Below are positions 1 to 12,521 of a stretch of 64,000 bases of DNA, piece by piece (the stretch's first letter is position 1; each line of letters starts with the position of its first letter). The notes under the pieces were generated by a model. The model made no database searches. It was not told where the DNA came from and saw only the letters and a list, made by a program, of their open reading frames with translations. Source of the DNA: the human T2T-CHM13v2.0 reference genome, Homo sapiens; assembly GCF_009914755.1 (NCBI RefSeq), contig NC_060932.1; one strand, 5' to 3'. A program made the position numbers and the translations under genes.

Positions 1-221
1 GGGCTGTGAGAGGCAGATGCCGTGGATGAGGAAGCGCTGGTTCAAGTGTCAGGGCTGTGAGAGGCAGAGGCCGTGGATGAGGAGGCGCTGGTTCAGGTGT
101 CAGGGCTGTGAGAGCAGAGGCCGTGGATGAGGAGGCGCTGGTTCAGGTGTCAGGGCTGTGAGAGCAGAGGCCGTGGATGAGGAGGCTCTGGTTCAGGTGT
201 CAGGGCTGTGAGAGCAGAGGC
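1..221. repeat. Minisatellite, 50-51-bp unit, about 4.4 copies, truncated by the window start
   Basis: Unit gggctgtgagag(g)cagaggccgtggatgaggaggcgctggttcaggtgtca starts at 1, 52, 103, 153 and 203. Confidence 0.95.
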
Positions 222-332
222 TGCAGGTGGGGAGGGCTCTGGTCCCACAGACTAAGGGTGTGGAAGTGCAGGGCCTCTTCATGACGGGAGGCACGTGGAC
301 CTCTTTATGGGAAATGCCATAATGGGAGGAGC

Positions 333-450
333 GGGACTCTGGAGGAGGAGGATGGGAAGGCGACGTGGCTTCCTCCCAGTCAGTGGGGAGGGGACTCTGG
401 AGGAGGAGGATGGGAAGGCGACGTGGCTTCCTCCCAGTCAGTGGGGAGGG
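333..450. repeat. 58-bp tandem duplication
   Basis: gggactctggaggaggaggatgggaaggcgacgtggcttcctcccagtcagtggggag occurs at 333 and 391. Confidence 0.95.
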
Positions 451-3061
451 TGGCTGCAGCATCCCGGGGAAGCCAGAGGATCTGCAGAGAGGAGAGGTCA
501 GAGAAAGTGGCGAAGCTTGGAATGATAACACGGGAGTTGACAAGGGGCCCTGCTGAGGGTACTCAGAGCTGGAAGAAGTGTCGATGAGGGACCCCGCTAA
601 GGGCACTCAGAGCTGGAAGAGGTGTGGACGAGGCCGCTCGGTGCAGACCACAGGTTTTTAGCAGAACCAATCTGCACAGTTCTTTGATTTTTATCCCACC
701 AGGCTCAGCAGCTTGGATAGAAAAAAAGCTGATGATGAAATGCTTCCAGACCTCAGATTGTGCAGAATGGATGCAGCGGAGAGACAAGCACTGCCTGTCC
801 ATGAGAACGTCCTCCAAGGACAGCTGTTTTCCAGACTTCCTCTTAGGTGGCCGTGGAGCAGCTGGGGACCTACAGGTACAACCCCGGGCGGAGACCCAGA
901 GCGAGCCTTCCCTGCAAGGATCCAACGCAGACCCAGATCTGCCCCAGACCCAGATCTGCCTTTTCATGAAAATTGGAAGACAACAGTGATTGCTGAAAAA
1001 CAGCTAGCAGGCGTCCCACAGAGAGGGGCCGCGGAGCACCCAGCTCCGGCACAGACAGCTCTCCCTCACACGTGAACAGGAGCAACCGCAGGCTCTCGTC
1101 TGCACCCACGGAGTGTGTCTGGATGGATGTTGCCTGGAAATGCTTCCAGGCAGGAAAAACTTAACAGGCTGACATTTCATCCGTTGATGGAGATCACAGG
1201 GCCCTGGTGGAGTATCAGGCTTAGAGGAGAAGCTCTTCCAAAAATCAGTAACTAAATCGAGGCACTCTCTGAGCTCTCCAGATGTAAACCAAACGACTCT
1301 GGAATGATCTCTGCCATAGTAATCATGTTGGTGAAAACCAGATGGGAGCCTCTCATCTGGGCTTCTCCAGAAGGCGCAGAAATGTGTCTGTCACCTACAC
1401 AACGCTGTGGTGTGCTTGTATCTTTACAAACTCTTATGTATGACCTTTTAAAACTCCGTTTATTAAAATAATACTTTTTTTTTCATTTTCTTCCTTTTGC
1501 TGGAGTAAGTTTTTTGTATGCATAAAATGAAACAGATGGCCATGAACTCAGAACATCAGGGTTAGTTCCAGGCCCACCTACAAGCCCTTCCTGTCCATTC
1601 TGGGACCTCTGTGTACTGCACTGCAATTAGAAAATGACAATCTGTCGAGCTGTGTGCTCCTGTATGCTTGCGGGCCTCTGGTCTCTGCGTGCCGCCTCCC
1701 TTGCCTGCTTGAGGACTGGACTTCTGCCCTTTAACTGCAGTCCCGTCCACCTCTCACCTCCATTGAGCCGCCAAGCTCTGATCTGAGTCTCTTGTTGGGT
1801 GCTGGTGGTGAGGGAGGATCTTTTCATTTGGCGGAGGGCTCTGCCTGAGAATACTGCAGGTGGATTTCAGCTCAACCCTCTGTTACAAAACCATTTTTCA
1901 AGTCTCTTATCCACAGAGCGAGCCCATAGCGAATGCAAACACACTGTGCTGTGTGCAAGAGTCATAAAGAATTACAAGGCAGCATCACCGTCCTCATAAA
2001 ATGGCAAGGCAGGCAGCAACCTCAGAAGCCAAATTAAACACAGTCAGCATGGCAGCACTGAAATCAGAAAGACCCAGGGTCTGTGCTGGCAGGACGAAGG
2101 GGCAGCAGCTGAACCCCCCATGTGGGGTCATCTGGAACACGTGCCTTGGGTGAATACAACAGGACCTTGAAAATGAGTTGGACTAAGTCAGAAGAAAGAA
2201 GACGTTCCAAGAGTAGGAAGAAGCTTTGGAGGCAGAAATGTCTGGGGATAATGAGACCCCGGTTGGCTAGATGGGAATTGGAAAGATTAACTCAGAAGTT
2301 CCCATGGGGACATTGTGCAGGATGTTGAATCCAAGGCTAGACATTACGAGCTTCCAAACTAGGCAATGGGGCATTCAAGGATTTGCAACAAGAAAGCAAA
2401 CGGCCTGAGGTAGGGGTTTTGGGGTACCCTGCAGAACGACCTGGCAGTACCCATGAGTCTGGATGCCCCATTCAGAGGCCAGATCGGATCTGTGCAGAGG
2501 CACGCGGCTTATCCAGGGACACCAGGCTGTGGCTGCAAATGGGATGTCAGGAAGGGGTGACTCAGTGCCAAGCAAAGTGAGGGATGATGAAAAATGATAA
2601 TAGCTGGGGTTTTGGCCCCACGTAATGAGAGTAAGATTGGTGTTTTTATCAGTTGGAGCGCTACCAGCACATGTTCCACCATGGATGCCTCACAGAGCTG
2701 GCCCCATGCAGAGTCCAGGAAGGGGCTGGGCAGGGGACTGCTCTAGAAGAGGAGATGGGTTCATAAAAGGTTTAGAGGGCAGAGGGCCTGGCGATGTGTT
2801 TTCTGTTCTTGATTTCACTCCAGTATTTAAGGAGCTCACTTTGGTGCAAATAATTTATTTTTCCTAGTTTGAAGAAAACACCCTTTCTCAAGCCAGTTTA
2901 TCCTTAGAAGAGGTCATTTCATTAAGCGGAAGCAGCAAATGTGTTGCTGCATCTCCAAGACCCGAGTATGTGTCTTCCCCTCCTGAACGCTTGTGCGTCC
3001 ACCTTGGACAACCAACAAGGGGCCATGGAGGAGCCGTCGGTGTCTGTGACAAAATAACCCA

Positions 3062-3229
3062 TTGTTGTGATGCTGTAGGATCTTTCAGAAAACCAGGTCG
3101 TAGGACTGAGAGCGTGAAGAACTGTTTGAATCGCCTTATCTATCCCCTTGTTGCGATGCTGTAGGATCTTTCAGAAAACCCAGGTCATAGGACTGAGAGC
3201 ATGAAGAACTGTTTGAATTGCCTTATCTA
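3062..3229. repeat. About 86-bp tandem duplication
   Basis: ttgttg(t/c)gatgctgtaggatctttcagaaaacc...gccttatcta occurs at 3062 and 3148. Confidence 0.9.
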
Positions 3230-3368
3230 CATCTCTAATTTTTCAGAGGCTGGGGTGGGCCTAGAAAACAAGACCCCTGAGTTCCAGGCTCGGGTGCCAT
3301 TGGAACACCCAGATTATGGACGGGGCGGCCTTGAAGTGGACGTGAGGATGAGTCATTCCTCCATGAGC

Positions 3369-3439
3369 CCAGATCCCAGGTCGAGGCGCAGTCCAGATCC
3401 TGGGTTGAGGCGCCATCTGGATCCAGGGTCGAGGTGCAG
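3369..3439. repeat. 24-bp unit x3, degenerate
   Basis: ccagatcccaggtcgaggcgcagt-like units at 3369, 3393 and about 3417. Confidence 0.8.
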
Positions 3440-3988
3440 GGTTACCTGTTACCTGCACTCCCATGGGGAGGGCTTCCCTTTCTTCCCATCAACTCGCGGC
3501 ACTCGGGGAAAACCTGTGGCCCCCGTCGGCCTGACTTGCTAATGGGAGGCAAACCGGTTGCGCTGACTTGGACGCTGCGTGGTCCTTCTAAGTGCCATTG
3601 TCCTGCTGTGCCTCATTGCCGAGTGTGAGAATGCAACTAAGTGAAAGCAAATAGACCTTGTCCGAAAAGGCCCAAAATAGACTCTGCTTGTTATCATATT
3701 AACTTTGCATTTTAACTGTGACCCTACATGGTGTGGAAACCCGTGGGGAGTCCCGTGGGCCTGGGCCTCCATGCATCTCTGGGGACTGGGCCAGGCCTGG
3801 GTCAGCACTTCTGCGTTTCAGTGGAAGTGCCAGACCTTTGCCAGGTGATGGCACAGTAGTGATGCTCATGGGCTGTGTTGTTTCTTTGGGATAATTGCAG
3901 CTTGAAACTCCTGGCATCTGTGATTGGACTTTGGCAAAGTGAATGTATGTGTGTTGGAATGGGGCGTGTGTCTTTGTTAAATGTGACG

Positions 3989-4017
3989 TTTTTTTTTTTT
4001 TTTTGAGACGGAGTCTC
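3989..4017 (-). mobile_element. Extremely 5'-truncated Alu (13 nt plus A16 tail)
   Basis: T16 followed by gagacggagtctc (reverse complement of the Alu 3' end), flanked by tgtgac at 3982 and 4018. Confidence 0.65.
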
Positions 4018-4118
4018 TGTGACTCTTTTTTTACAACTATTCCCCCCAAATGGAGACAGATCAGTTTTGCTCTAAATGTGAATCCGAGGCCTCAGGAAGG
4101 CATTCGAGGTTTTCAGAA

Positions 4119-5770
4119 CCTCCTTGTCCTCCTGAGTCGTGTATTGAGTGCTTACTGAGCGCCACCTCCTCGTCCTCCAGAGTCGTGCATTGAGTGCTTA
4201 CTGAGCGCCACCTCCTCGTCCTCCAGAGTCGTGTATTGAGTGCTTACTGAGTGCCACCTCCTCGTCCTCCAGAGTCGTGTATTGAGTGCTTACTGAGCGC
4301 TCCCTCCTCATCCTCCTGAGTCGTGTATTGAGTGCTTACTGAGCGCTCCCTCCTCATCCTCCTGAGTCGTGTATTGAGTGCTTACTGAGCGCTCCCTCCT
4401 CGTCCTCCTGAGTCGTGTATTGAGTGCTTACTGAGTGCCACCTCCTCATCCTCCGGAGTCGTGTATTGAGTGCTTACTGAGCGCTCCCTCCTCGTCCTCC
4501 TGAGTCGTGTATTGAGTGCTTACTGAGCGCTCCCTCCTCGTCCTCCTGAGTCGTGTATTGAGTGCTTACTGAGCGCTCCCTCCTCGTCCTCCAGAGTCGT
4601 GTATTGAGTGCTTACTGAGCGCCACCTCCTCGTCCTCCAGAGTCGTGTATTGAGTGCTTACTGAGCGCTCCCTCCTCATCCTCCTGAGTCGTGTATTGAG
4701 TGCTTACTGAGCGCTCCCTCCTCGTCCTCCTGAGTCGTGTATTGAGTGCTTACTGAGCGCCACCTCCTCATCCTCCGGAGTCGTGTATTGAGTGCTTACT
4801 GAGCGCTCCCTCCTCATCCTCCTGAGTCGTGTATTGAGTGCTTACTGAGCGCTCCCTCCTCGTCCTCCTGAGTCATGTATTGAGTGCTTACTGAACGCCA
4901 CCTCCTCATCGTCCAGAGTCGTGTATTGAGTGCTTACTGAGCGCCACCTCCTTGTCCTCCAGAGTCATGTATTGAGTGGTTACTGAGCACCACCTCCTCG
5001 TCCTCCAGAGTCGTGTATTGAGTGCTTACTGAGCACCACCTCGTCCTCCAGAGTCGTGTATTGAGTGCTTACTGAGCACCACCTCCTCATCCTCCAGAGT
5101 CGTCTATTGAGTGCTTACTGAGCGCCACCTCCTCATCCTCCAGGGTAGTGTACTGAGTGCTTACTGAGCGCCACCTCCTCATCCTCTGGGGTCGTGTATT
5201 GAGTGCTTACTGAGCACCACCTCCTCATCCTCCAGGGTAGTGTATTGAGTGCTTACTGAGCGCCACCTCCTCATCGTCCAGAGTCGTGTATTGAGTGCTT
5301 ACTGAGCACCACCTCCTCATCCTCCAGAGTCGTGTATTGAGTGCTTACTGAGCGCCACCTCCTCATCCTCCAGAGTCGTGTATTGAGTGCTTACTGAGCG
5401 CCACCTCCTCATCCTCCAGAGTCGTGTATTGAGTGCTTACTGAGCGCCACCTCCTCATCCTCCAGAGTCGTGTATTGAGTGCTTACTGAGCGCCATCTCC
5501 TCATCCTCCAGAGTCGTGTATTGAGTGCTTACTGAGCGCCACCTCCTCATCCTCCAGGGTCGTGTATTGAGTGCTTACTGAGCGCCACCTCCTCATCCTC
5601 CAGGGTCGTGTATTGAGTGCTTACTGAGCGCCACCTCCTCATCCTCCGGAGTCGTGTATTGAGTGCTTACTGAGCGCCACCTCCTCATCCTCCGGAGTCG
5701 TGTATTGAGTGCTTACTGAGCACCACCTCCTTGTCCTCTGCAGTCATGTATTGAGTGCTGACTGAGTACC
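4119..5770. repeat. Minisatellite/VNTR, 46-bp unit, about 36 copies
   Basis: Unit ctcctcgtcctccagagtcgtgtattgagtgcttactgagcgccac with recurrent variants (gcgctccc/gcgccacc, ctcctgag/ctccagag). Confidence 0.98.
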
Positions 5771-5799
5771 GCAGGGTCCACCTCAGGGCTTCCAGCAGT

Positions 5800-5956
5800 T
5801 CCTTGTTGGGGGTTGGGGTGGGCTGTCCTGCACAGCACAGCATGTTTAACAGCGTCGCTGGACTCAGCACTGGATGCCAGTCAGGACAACCAAAAATGCC
5901 TCCAGATAGTGCCAAATGCCCCCCAGGGGATAGAATCGTCTCCTGAGAACAGCTGG
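5800..5956 (-). mobile_element. MER20-like hAT DNA transposon fragment
   Basis: gggctgtcctg...ggatgccag...gacaaccaaaaatgcctccagatagtgccaaatgccccccagggg matches the reverse complement of the MER20 consensus as I recall it. Confidence 0.8.
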
Positions 5957-6892
5957 TCTTCACTGAGATCAAGGCAAGCCTGGTCTCTGGCTCACTCTTT
6001 CTTTCCAGCATCTCCAGTTAGCATTTTATTCCCGTAGTTGAAGAACACAGGAATCCTTGTGCTCTTTCCACCTGCCTCACTGTCCAACTCATTCTCCACT
6101 TTCCTCGATGCCATTTCAGTTTCCCCTCCTGCTGATGATCTGGGTCTGTTTCCTCACTCTCCAGAGTGTCTGAGGGTTTCCCCTTCCCTCGGGGAGGCGT
6201 CTGTGTTCTCATCAGGGGAGAAATCAGTTCCAGGCCCCAGCTCCAAGTTCGCCACAACCTGTTAGTTCACCTGGGGCCTTGCGTAATCACGAGCATCTGG
6301 GGCACCGTGTCAAGTCCTGAAGCCCCCATGGCCCTGCAGAGGGACCTTCTCTGGGCCTTGGATGATGAGGGTGCTGCTCTCCACTGGGACTCCAGCATTG
6401 TCAGGCACAGACACACACGGTGTTAACTGTTCGGCAACTGGAGTTTCTAAGCCTGTTTTCTGGAGCAGGCAACATGGATTCACGCATAACTTTGAAAATG
6501 TATCTTGGATGTTTGAGGCCTTCTAGCAAGTCCTTGTTTCAGGCTTTCACAGGACAGTGCAGAGGGTTTTCTGGTGAAAGCAGAACCCGGGAAAGCCAGG
6601 TTTTGGGAACTCGTGGCAGCTCTACCACCAAGAGACCCTTCGTCTGTCACTTTCACTGCGTTAACAGGAAGACTTGACTGTCATTTAACATTAAGGTGCG
6701 CAGGGCACAGAGAAGAAAGCTGGGCAGTGGTGGTCCATGATGCCTGTCTGCCCACCCTCCTGGGCCACAGGGTCTGTCTTGTTGGAGACAGTGGACATTT
6801 AATCGATGTCTGTTGGGGAAGCATCAGTTAATTCCCTGAAAGATAAATCCACCTATGAAAAAGACAGCAGCATTGCCTCAGTTCCAGAATGT

Positions 6893-7241
6893 GGACCACT
6901 GCCCAACCCCTTCCTCACTGTAGCAGGCGCCCGGCTCCCCTTGGACCACTGCCCAGTTCCTTGCTCACCATAGCAGGCGCCTGGCTCCCCTTGGACCACT
7001 GCCCAACTCCTTCCTCACCATAGGAAGCCCATCTCCCCTTGGCAGCCCTGGCCCTGAGCACAGAATTGTCTAGACCAGCTGAGAACCAACTGGAACCAAC
7101 CAGTTCCTTCCTCACCATAGCAGGTGCCTGGCTCCCCTTGGACCACTGCCCAACTCCTTCCTCACCGTAGGCGCCCAGCTCCCCTTGGCAGTCCTGGTGC
7201 TGAGCACAGAATTGTCTAGACCAGCTGAGAACCAACCGGAA
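6893..7241. repeat. Compound repeat: 50-bp units plus a 147-bp higher-order duplication
   Basis: ggaccactgccc units at 6893, 6943 and 6993; the block starting about 6954 repeats at about 7101, including ctgagcacagaattgtctagaccagctgagaaccaac. Confidence 0.9.
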
Positions 7242-7353
7242 GAAATGGGCTCAGTAAAGACTGATTTCAGAAATTCTCCAGACACAAGTTCAAGAAGAGA
7301 GCTGGGTGTGACGAACGTGCTCAGAACCCTCCTCGCTTCCCAGCCTGTCACCC

Positions 7354-7823
7354 TGTGATGGTGAATCTTCTCCGTCACCTAGACTGGGATAGGGGATGCC
7401 CACAGAGCTGGGAAGACATTTTCCAGATGTGTCTGTGGTGGTGTTTCTGGAAGGACCAGCGTTTGAATCAGGGAATGAGTAAAGCAGACCCCACCCCAGT
7501 GCAGGCGGGCGTCCCCCAGTCCATGAGGGCTCAAATAGAACTGAAAGAGGAAGGGAGGACCTCCTCTCTTCTTGAGCTGGGACCTTCATCTTCTCCTGCC
7601 CTCCACCAGAGCCCCAGGGCCTTCAGGCTCTGAGGCTTTCACCAGCAGCCCCTCAGTGCCGGGGCCTTCGGGCTTAGACTGAATTACACCTGACCCCGTG
7701 GGTCTCCAGCTGTGGGGCTTCTCAGCCTCCATAATCATATGATCCAGTTCCGAAAATAAAACCCCCTCTTATGTGTCTGTGTGTCCTGTTGGTTCCATTC
7801 CTCCAGAGAACCCTGACCGATAC
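7354..7823 (+). mobile_element. MLT2-family (ERVL) solo LTR
   Basis: Begins tgtgatggtgaat...gactgggataggggatgccca, contains aataaa, and ends gagaaccctgaccgatac, like MLT2 termini. Confidence 0.8.
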
Positions 7824-10354
7824 GTGCTGCAGGTGTGTAGACCTTTGGCTAACTGAGAAATGGTGTCAGGTCCACAAGCCAAGCGGTGTCCTCCCCAGGA
7901 ATGCCAGACGCTGACACCAAGTGCCCAAGGGGAAGGGGAGGTTTCAAAACATGCCCTCGATCTGCTGAGGAGACCGCAAGCTTCGATCAGGGCCCAGATC
8001 ATCTGGGAGTGGTTGGAATCTCACTGGCTTCAGAGCAGAATCTTTGCATTGTGAGGCACTGGCAATGAGGATACCAGTAATAGTGACACGGAAGGTAACA
8101 TTCACGGGCATGGCTTCACGCGTGCGGCACCGTGGCCCAGGCAGCCTCACGGTGAGGAGCTCCCAGCAGAGCAGACGCCACTCTGACCCCTTTGAAATAC
8201 TCGCTGAGTGCTTCCTTTTTATTCTCTCCCCTCAGTTCACATAATTCTGTAGCAGTAACTTACTGTCATGTCCCACAGTTTCATGGGGTCACTAGAGGAA
8301 GGCTTCCTGCAGGGGTCCATCTGCAGGCTACTGCATTTCCGCACAGGTCGAGTTAAAGCAAAAGCATCAAGTCAGCTCCCTTCTCAGAATGAAATACAGT
8401 GAAATTATGGCTTAAAACTCCTAGGGGAGCTTGTAAGTATGAAGAGGCAGCAGCACATAAGTGTGTTTCACGCACGGCATCAGGGACACCCCATGGGCCT
8501 GCGTCAAACCCCACGTCCAGGTCAAGGGATCCAGAGATGCTGATTTGGAACCTGGTTTTCTTGTTCAGGAATTTTCCCAGATTATGGCCACCTTTCCCTG
8601 TGGGAATGTCCTTGCTTCACTCTGGAGCCATTTTTTTTTTTTTTTTTTAAACTTCCTTGTTTTCATTTGTCTTATCCAGGAAGGAAGGCTGAGCTCCTGG
8701 TGAACATGTAAATATCTTTACTTCTCTATTTAAGAGACTGTAATCATTATTTTGTTATAATTGCATAGTGTTGTACGTTACTTTGACTTGCCAGCTAAAC
8801 TAATATTTCTGTGGGTTTATTTATTGAGTTTCAGTGCATAAAAGGTGACTAAAGTGTCACCGTGGAAAGCTACCTGCATACGCCAGTTGTTCCTTTCAGG
8901 TATTCAGTCGTGGTCTCTTGTTCTGGAAACCCAACATCTCCTAATTAAAATCGTCGTATGTTAATTGCTCTGCTTAACTACAGAGAAATTATTCATTGCA
9001 ATAATTTGGTCTGAAAATGAATGTTTATATATATTGTGTCTTTTAACAATGTGCAATGAATAGCTACATTATATACTATAATAAGTCAAAGAAAACAGAG
9101 TTAGGAATAATCAAAACACCAAAAATCTTATATGGTTTTGAAGGCAGGGAATTATAATGTTGATACATATGGGTTTCCACATAAAAGAGCATAAAAGCAC
9201 GAAGGACTTGACCCCTGAGCCAGGCGGTCCTAGCTGGCCTTTGGCCCCACTTGTGCCGAAGATATAACTCCATCCTGCTTGCCTCCGGCTCCCTAGCCTG
9301 GTGACATTGGCAGGAAGACGAAGTCATAAACTGTGCCGGTAGAGCCTTGGGCAGATTAAACGAGGTAACCGAAATGCGGAACCTGCAGGTGGTAGACTTG
9401 AGGGCCTCGTGCTCCTCCTGGCCCGGTTTATCCTCTCCTTTCCCTCCTGCTCTGAACCATCTGCTGAACTTCAAACAATGCCAAGAGTAAGCATTTCACA
9501 GGCTCACGAAGCTGCGTGTCTACTTCATTTAAGGGCTTCTAAAATTATTTCCGTGAACTTTCCAGAACTTGAATTTATGGAAAGCTGCGCATGAAGTCTC
9601 TCTCACTAAGGGTGAATTTTCCCTAATCAGCTCTGCCCTCATGAGCCGTCGTGTGGGCCCTGGTGGTGCGGCACACTCATCCAGGCCTTTGCAAGTGGTA
9701 CACAGAGTGTGGGGGTGGATGCTTCCACGCCAGTATCCTCCACATTCAGACACATGCTCCGAAAACCTACAGGCAACAGCAAGGGCTCTGGAAGACACAG
9801 ATGCCATGGGCAGGTGATCTCCTGCTAGGGATGTCCTGCCATGGACCCTCACCTCCCCTGGAGTCACTGCCCTTTCTCCATTCCTGCCTCCAGGCCTCTC
9901 AAGCATGGGCTGGGCTTGCTGCATCTCCCTCCTCCTCACCTGTGCTCCCTTTTTAGCTCCAGTGCTATGGCTCCCACTGCCCTCTGCAGAGCCCCCAGCA
10001 CTGGGACTTTTATGCTGAAGGCGAGGTCCCCCGCCAGCCTCCTGCTCTGAGCCCTAGACTCTGCAGCCTGCTTGTCTTTCAGGCCTCCTCCTCCCTAGCC
10101 TTCTGAGGCTGCATTCTCTCCCTCAGCCTCCCTGTCTCCCGGGCTCTTTCTCCTCCATCTCTCTTACAGATGTGGAGGTTCCAAAAGGTTCTCAGAGTCT
10201 CACCCTCTTCCATATGATTTGTTACATTGCTAAATGCATGCATGCATCTGATCTCACGAATTCCGTGCTGAAATATCCCACTGCTGCTACTTGACCTGCA
10301 GAATAAATGTGTGGTTTCTCAGCTTGGCCTTGTGTATCCTTGGTAAGCCCCAGC

Positions 10355-10495
10355 CATTCCAGCTGTGAGCCCTCAGATAAGTTGCTTCACCCCTCTCTGC
10401 CTCAGTGTCCTCTTCTGAGAAATGGTGATAGCAATGGAGCCCACTGTGAAGATCACAGGCTCTTTGTGAAGGTCAGAGTCAGTGCATGTAATTAT
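10355..10495 (+). mobile_element. MIR fragment
   Basis: agctgtgagccctcagataagttgcttcacccctctctgcctcagtgtcctcttctgagaaatgg resembles the MIR core. Confidence 0.7.
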
Positions 10496-11254
10496 TGAGT
10501 CTTTCTTGCTGTTCTTGGGCACTTAGCAAGACCTCTACAGGCAAAAGGCAATTGCCAGCTGTGATGGCCATTCTGACTCTAACATACCCTCCCTATTCAC
10601 AGCCCTCCCCAGCAGATGGCCTGTGTCTCCAGTGCTCAGGGCCACCTGCATTTCCTGAGATTACAGTGCTCTCGCATGCTATTTCCTGTCTCCCTGTCTC
10701 TGACTTCCCTCCCTCCTGCTGGGAAAATTCCTTCAATACCCAGCTCAAGTGTCCCCTCCTCCGTAAAACAGACTTGCCCTTCCTGACCACAGTGTGGGAA
10801 AAATCCTTCAATACCCAGCTCAAGTGTCCCCTCCTCTGTGAAGAGGGCTTCCTCTTCTTGACCAGTGCCATTACCTCCTCAGTTCTCCTAGTGTCCCTCT
10901 GGAACTCACAGCTTTGTGTTCTATTTGCCCCTCTGTGTTTTCTACTGGACAGTGGCTCCTTCCAAGTCATGGCTTGTCTCCCTCCTCTCTGTAGCACCTT
11001 TGTATGTTTCAACACCTTTATTATTAGCTATTTATTTATAGTATTTTTAAAGTAAATAAAGGAAGAAGCATAAAGATAGAAGGATGGGAAGCAGAATGAA
11101 TAAATGGATAGATATTTTCAAGAACAGAGGAAGAAAATGAATTACTATTGTAATATAAATGAACAACCTATTGAAGAAAGGAAAATATAGTTTCAATGCT
11201 CAAGAAGCATAAAAAAGACTTTCAAAGTAAGTCCAATTTAAGGGCAAGCAAAAG

Positions 11255-11570
11255 TCACTATGCATATTTTACTTAGATTCTCAAAAAGTTGTAGATTACT
11301 TTGCACTAAATCTGGCAAGTATAGAGTTATAATGGAAATGAAAAAATGTTTTGTCACAGAAAAAGTATTGCCTTAAAGTCCAGAAACATGAGATGTTCGA
11401 AGGCCCTTCTCTGGATGGAGGAATAATATGAAAGGGAATGAAAATCTCAGTAATCAGTGATTGGAGTCACTCTTATCTTTGATAAATGGTCTTGAACTCA
11501 AAGGGCACCACCCAGTCTCCCAGTATGTAGCTCTTCTGCAGATGCAATGACAGGATGATGGGGTTAGATT
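11255..11570 (+). mobile_element. Ancient CR1-clade LINE (Plat_L3/L3-like) RT fossil
   Basis: tattttacttagattctcaaaaag (YLDFxK-like), aatgttttgtca, cttctctggatggag and ttgataaatggtcttgaa occur in the order expected for CR1 RT. Confidence 0.5.
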
Positions 11571-12257
11571 GTGCAGCTCTCACAAAGCTCCATCAGTGCA
11601 CACACGCCTGCCAGGTGGGCCTTGGTGAGGCACAGCCTGAGAAGAGGCACGTGCAGATGCACAATGTCAATGGCATACTTATTAAATGGTGAATTCTTGT
11701 TTATCATTTTTTTTTTCAAAAAGAGCTCCAAACTCATCGTAAGCTGTTCACTGAAGACACCATCAACAGGGTGCTGTGATTGAAAGCAAATAGTCAAAAA
11801 GTGCAGCTCAGGGCACCGTGTGGACACTTAGTGACATGCCTAGGAATTCTGCTTTTTCCTCTGCTGTTAGTGTTGGGGAAAGGCATTCTTTCAAGGTCTG
11901 TAAAGTCAGAGTTGCAGGCTGTTGAGAAAGTGAAGTGTTCAGGGTTGGGGGGAGTTGTCTGTTGAGAGAAACTGACTTATATTCGTAAAGATGGAATCTG
12001 AGAAAGTGCTAAAGCTGGAAACTGGAATGGCAGGGGTGTTCTGTGGACTCTTGTGGGGTTGGCATGGCGCCCTGAGCATGTGATTGGAGGGTGTGTTTCA
12101 CAGTTGTCAGAATGAGGCCAACAAGGCTGAAGGCTGTAGCCAGGGAGAGGCAGTGAGGACCTGCCAAGGGCAAGCCAGAAATGCAAGGTCCGGGGTGTGA
12201 GTCAGGTCGTGACCCATGGAGCCGGTCAAGTGTGGGAGGCAAGAGGCATGGGGACAT

Positions 12258-12401
12258 GAGGGACTGACCAGGCCGGGGGTCCCAGTGCAGGGTCCACACC
12301 AGAGCAGAAGCGGAAGGTGGCGGGGAGGGACTGACCGGGCTGGGGGTCCCAGTGCAGAGTCCACACCAGAGTGGAGGCAGAACACGGCTGGGAGGGACTG
12401 A
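12258..12401. repeat. 67-bp unit, about 2.2 copies
   Basis: gagggactga occurs at 12258, 12325 and 12392. Confidence 0.85.
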
Positions 12402-12521
12402 GCGGAGCTGCCCGGCAGCTGTCTCTGAGGATCCCGCCATCTACGCACGTCCAGGCGTCCTCTGCCCTCAGCGTGTCTTGCCTTACAAGCATGGAACCTC
12501 CTGTTAAATAATCAGGTGTCT

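Noticed and set aside
4119-5770. CRISPR-like regular array (also at 14.9, 41.4 and 48.9 kb)
   Set aside because: Units are head-to-tail with no unique spacers, there are no cas genes, and the context is primate DNA.
10495-11055. 186-aa ORF with an internal repeat
   Set aside because: Non-ATG start, low-complexity pyrimidine-rich sequence (probably L2-derived) with a local duplication, and no recognisable homology.
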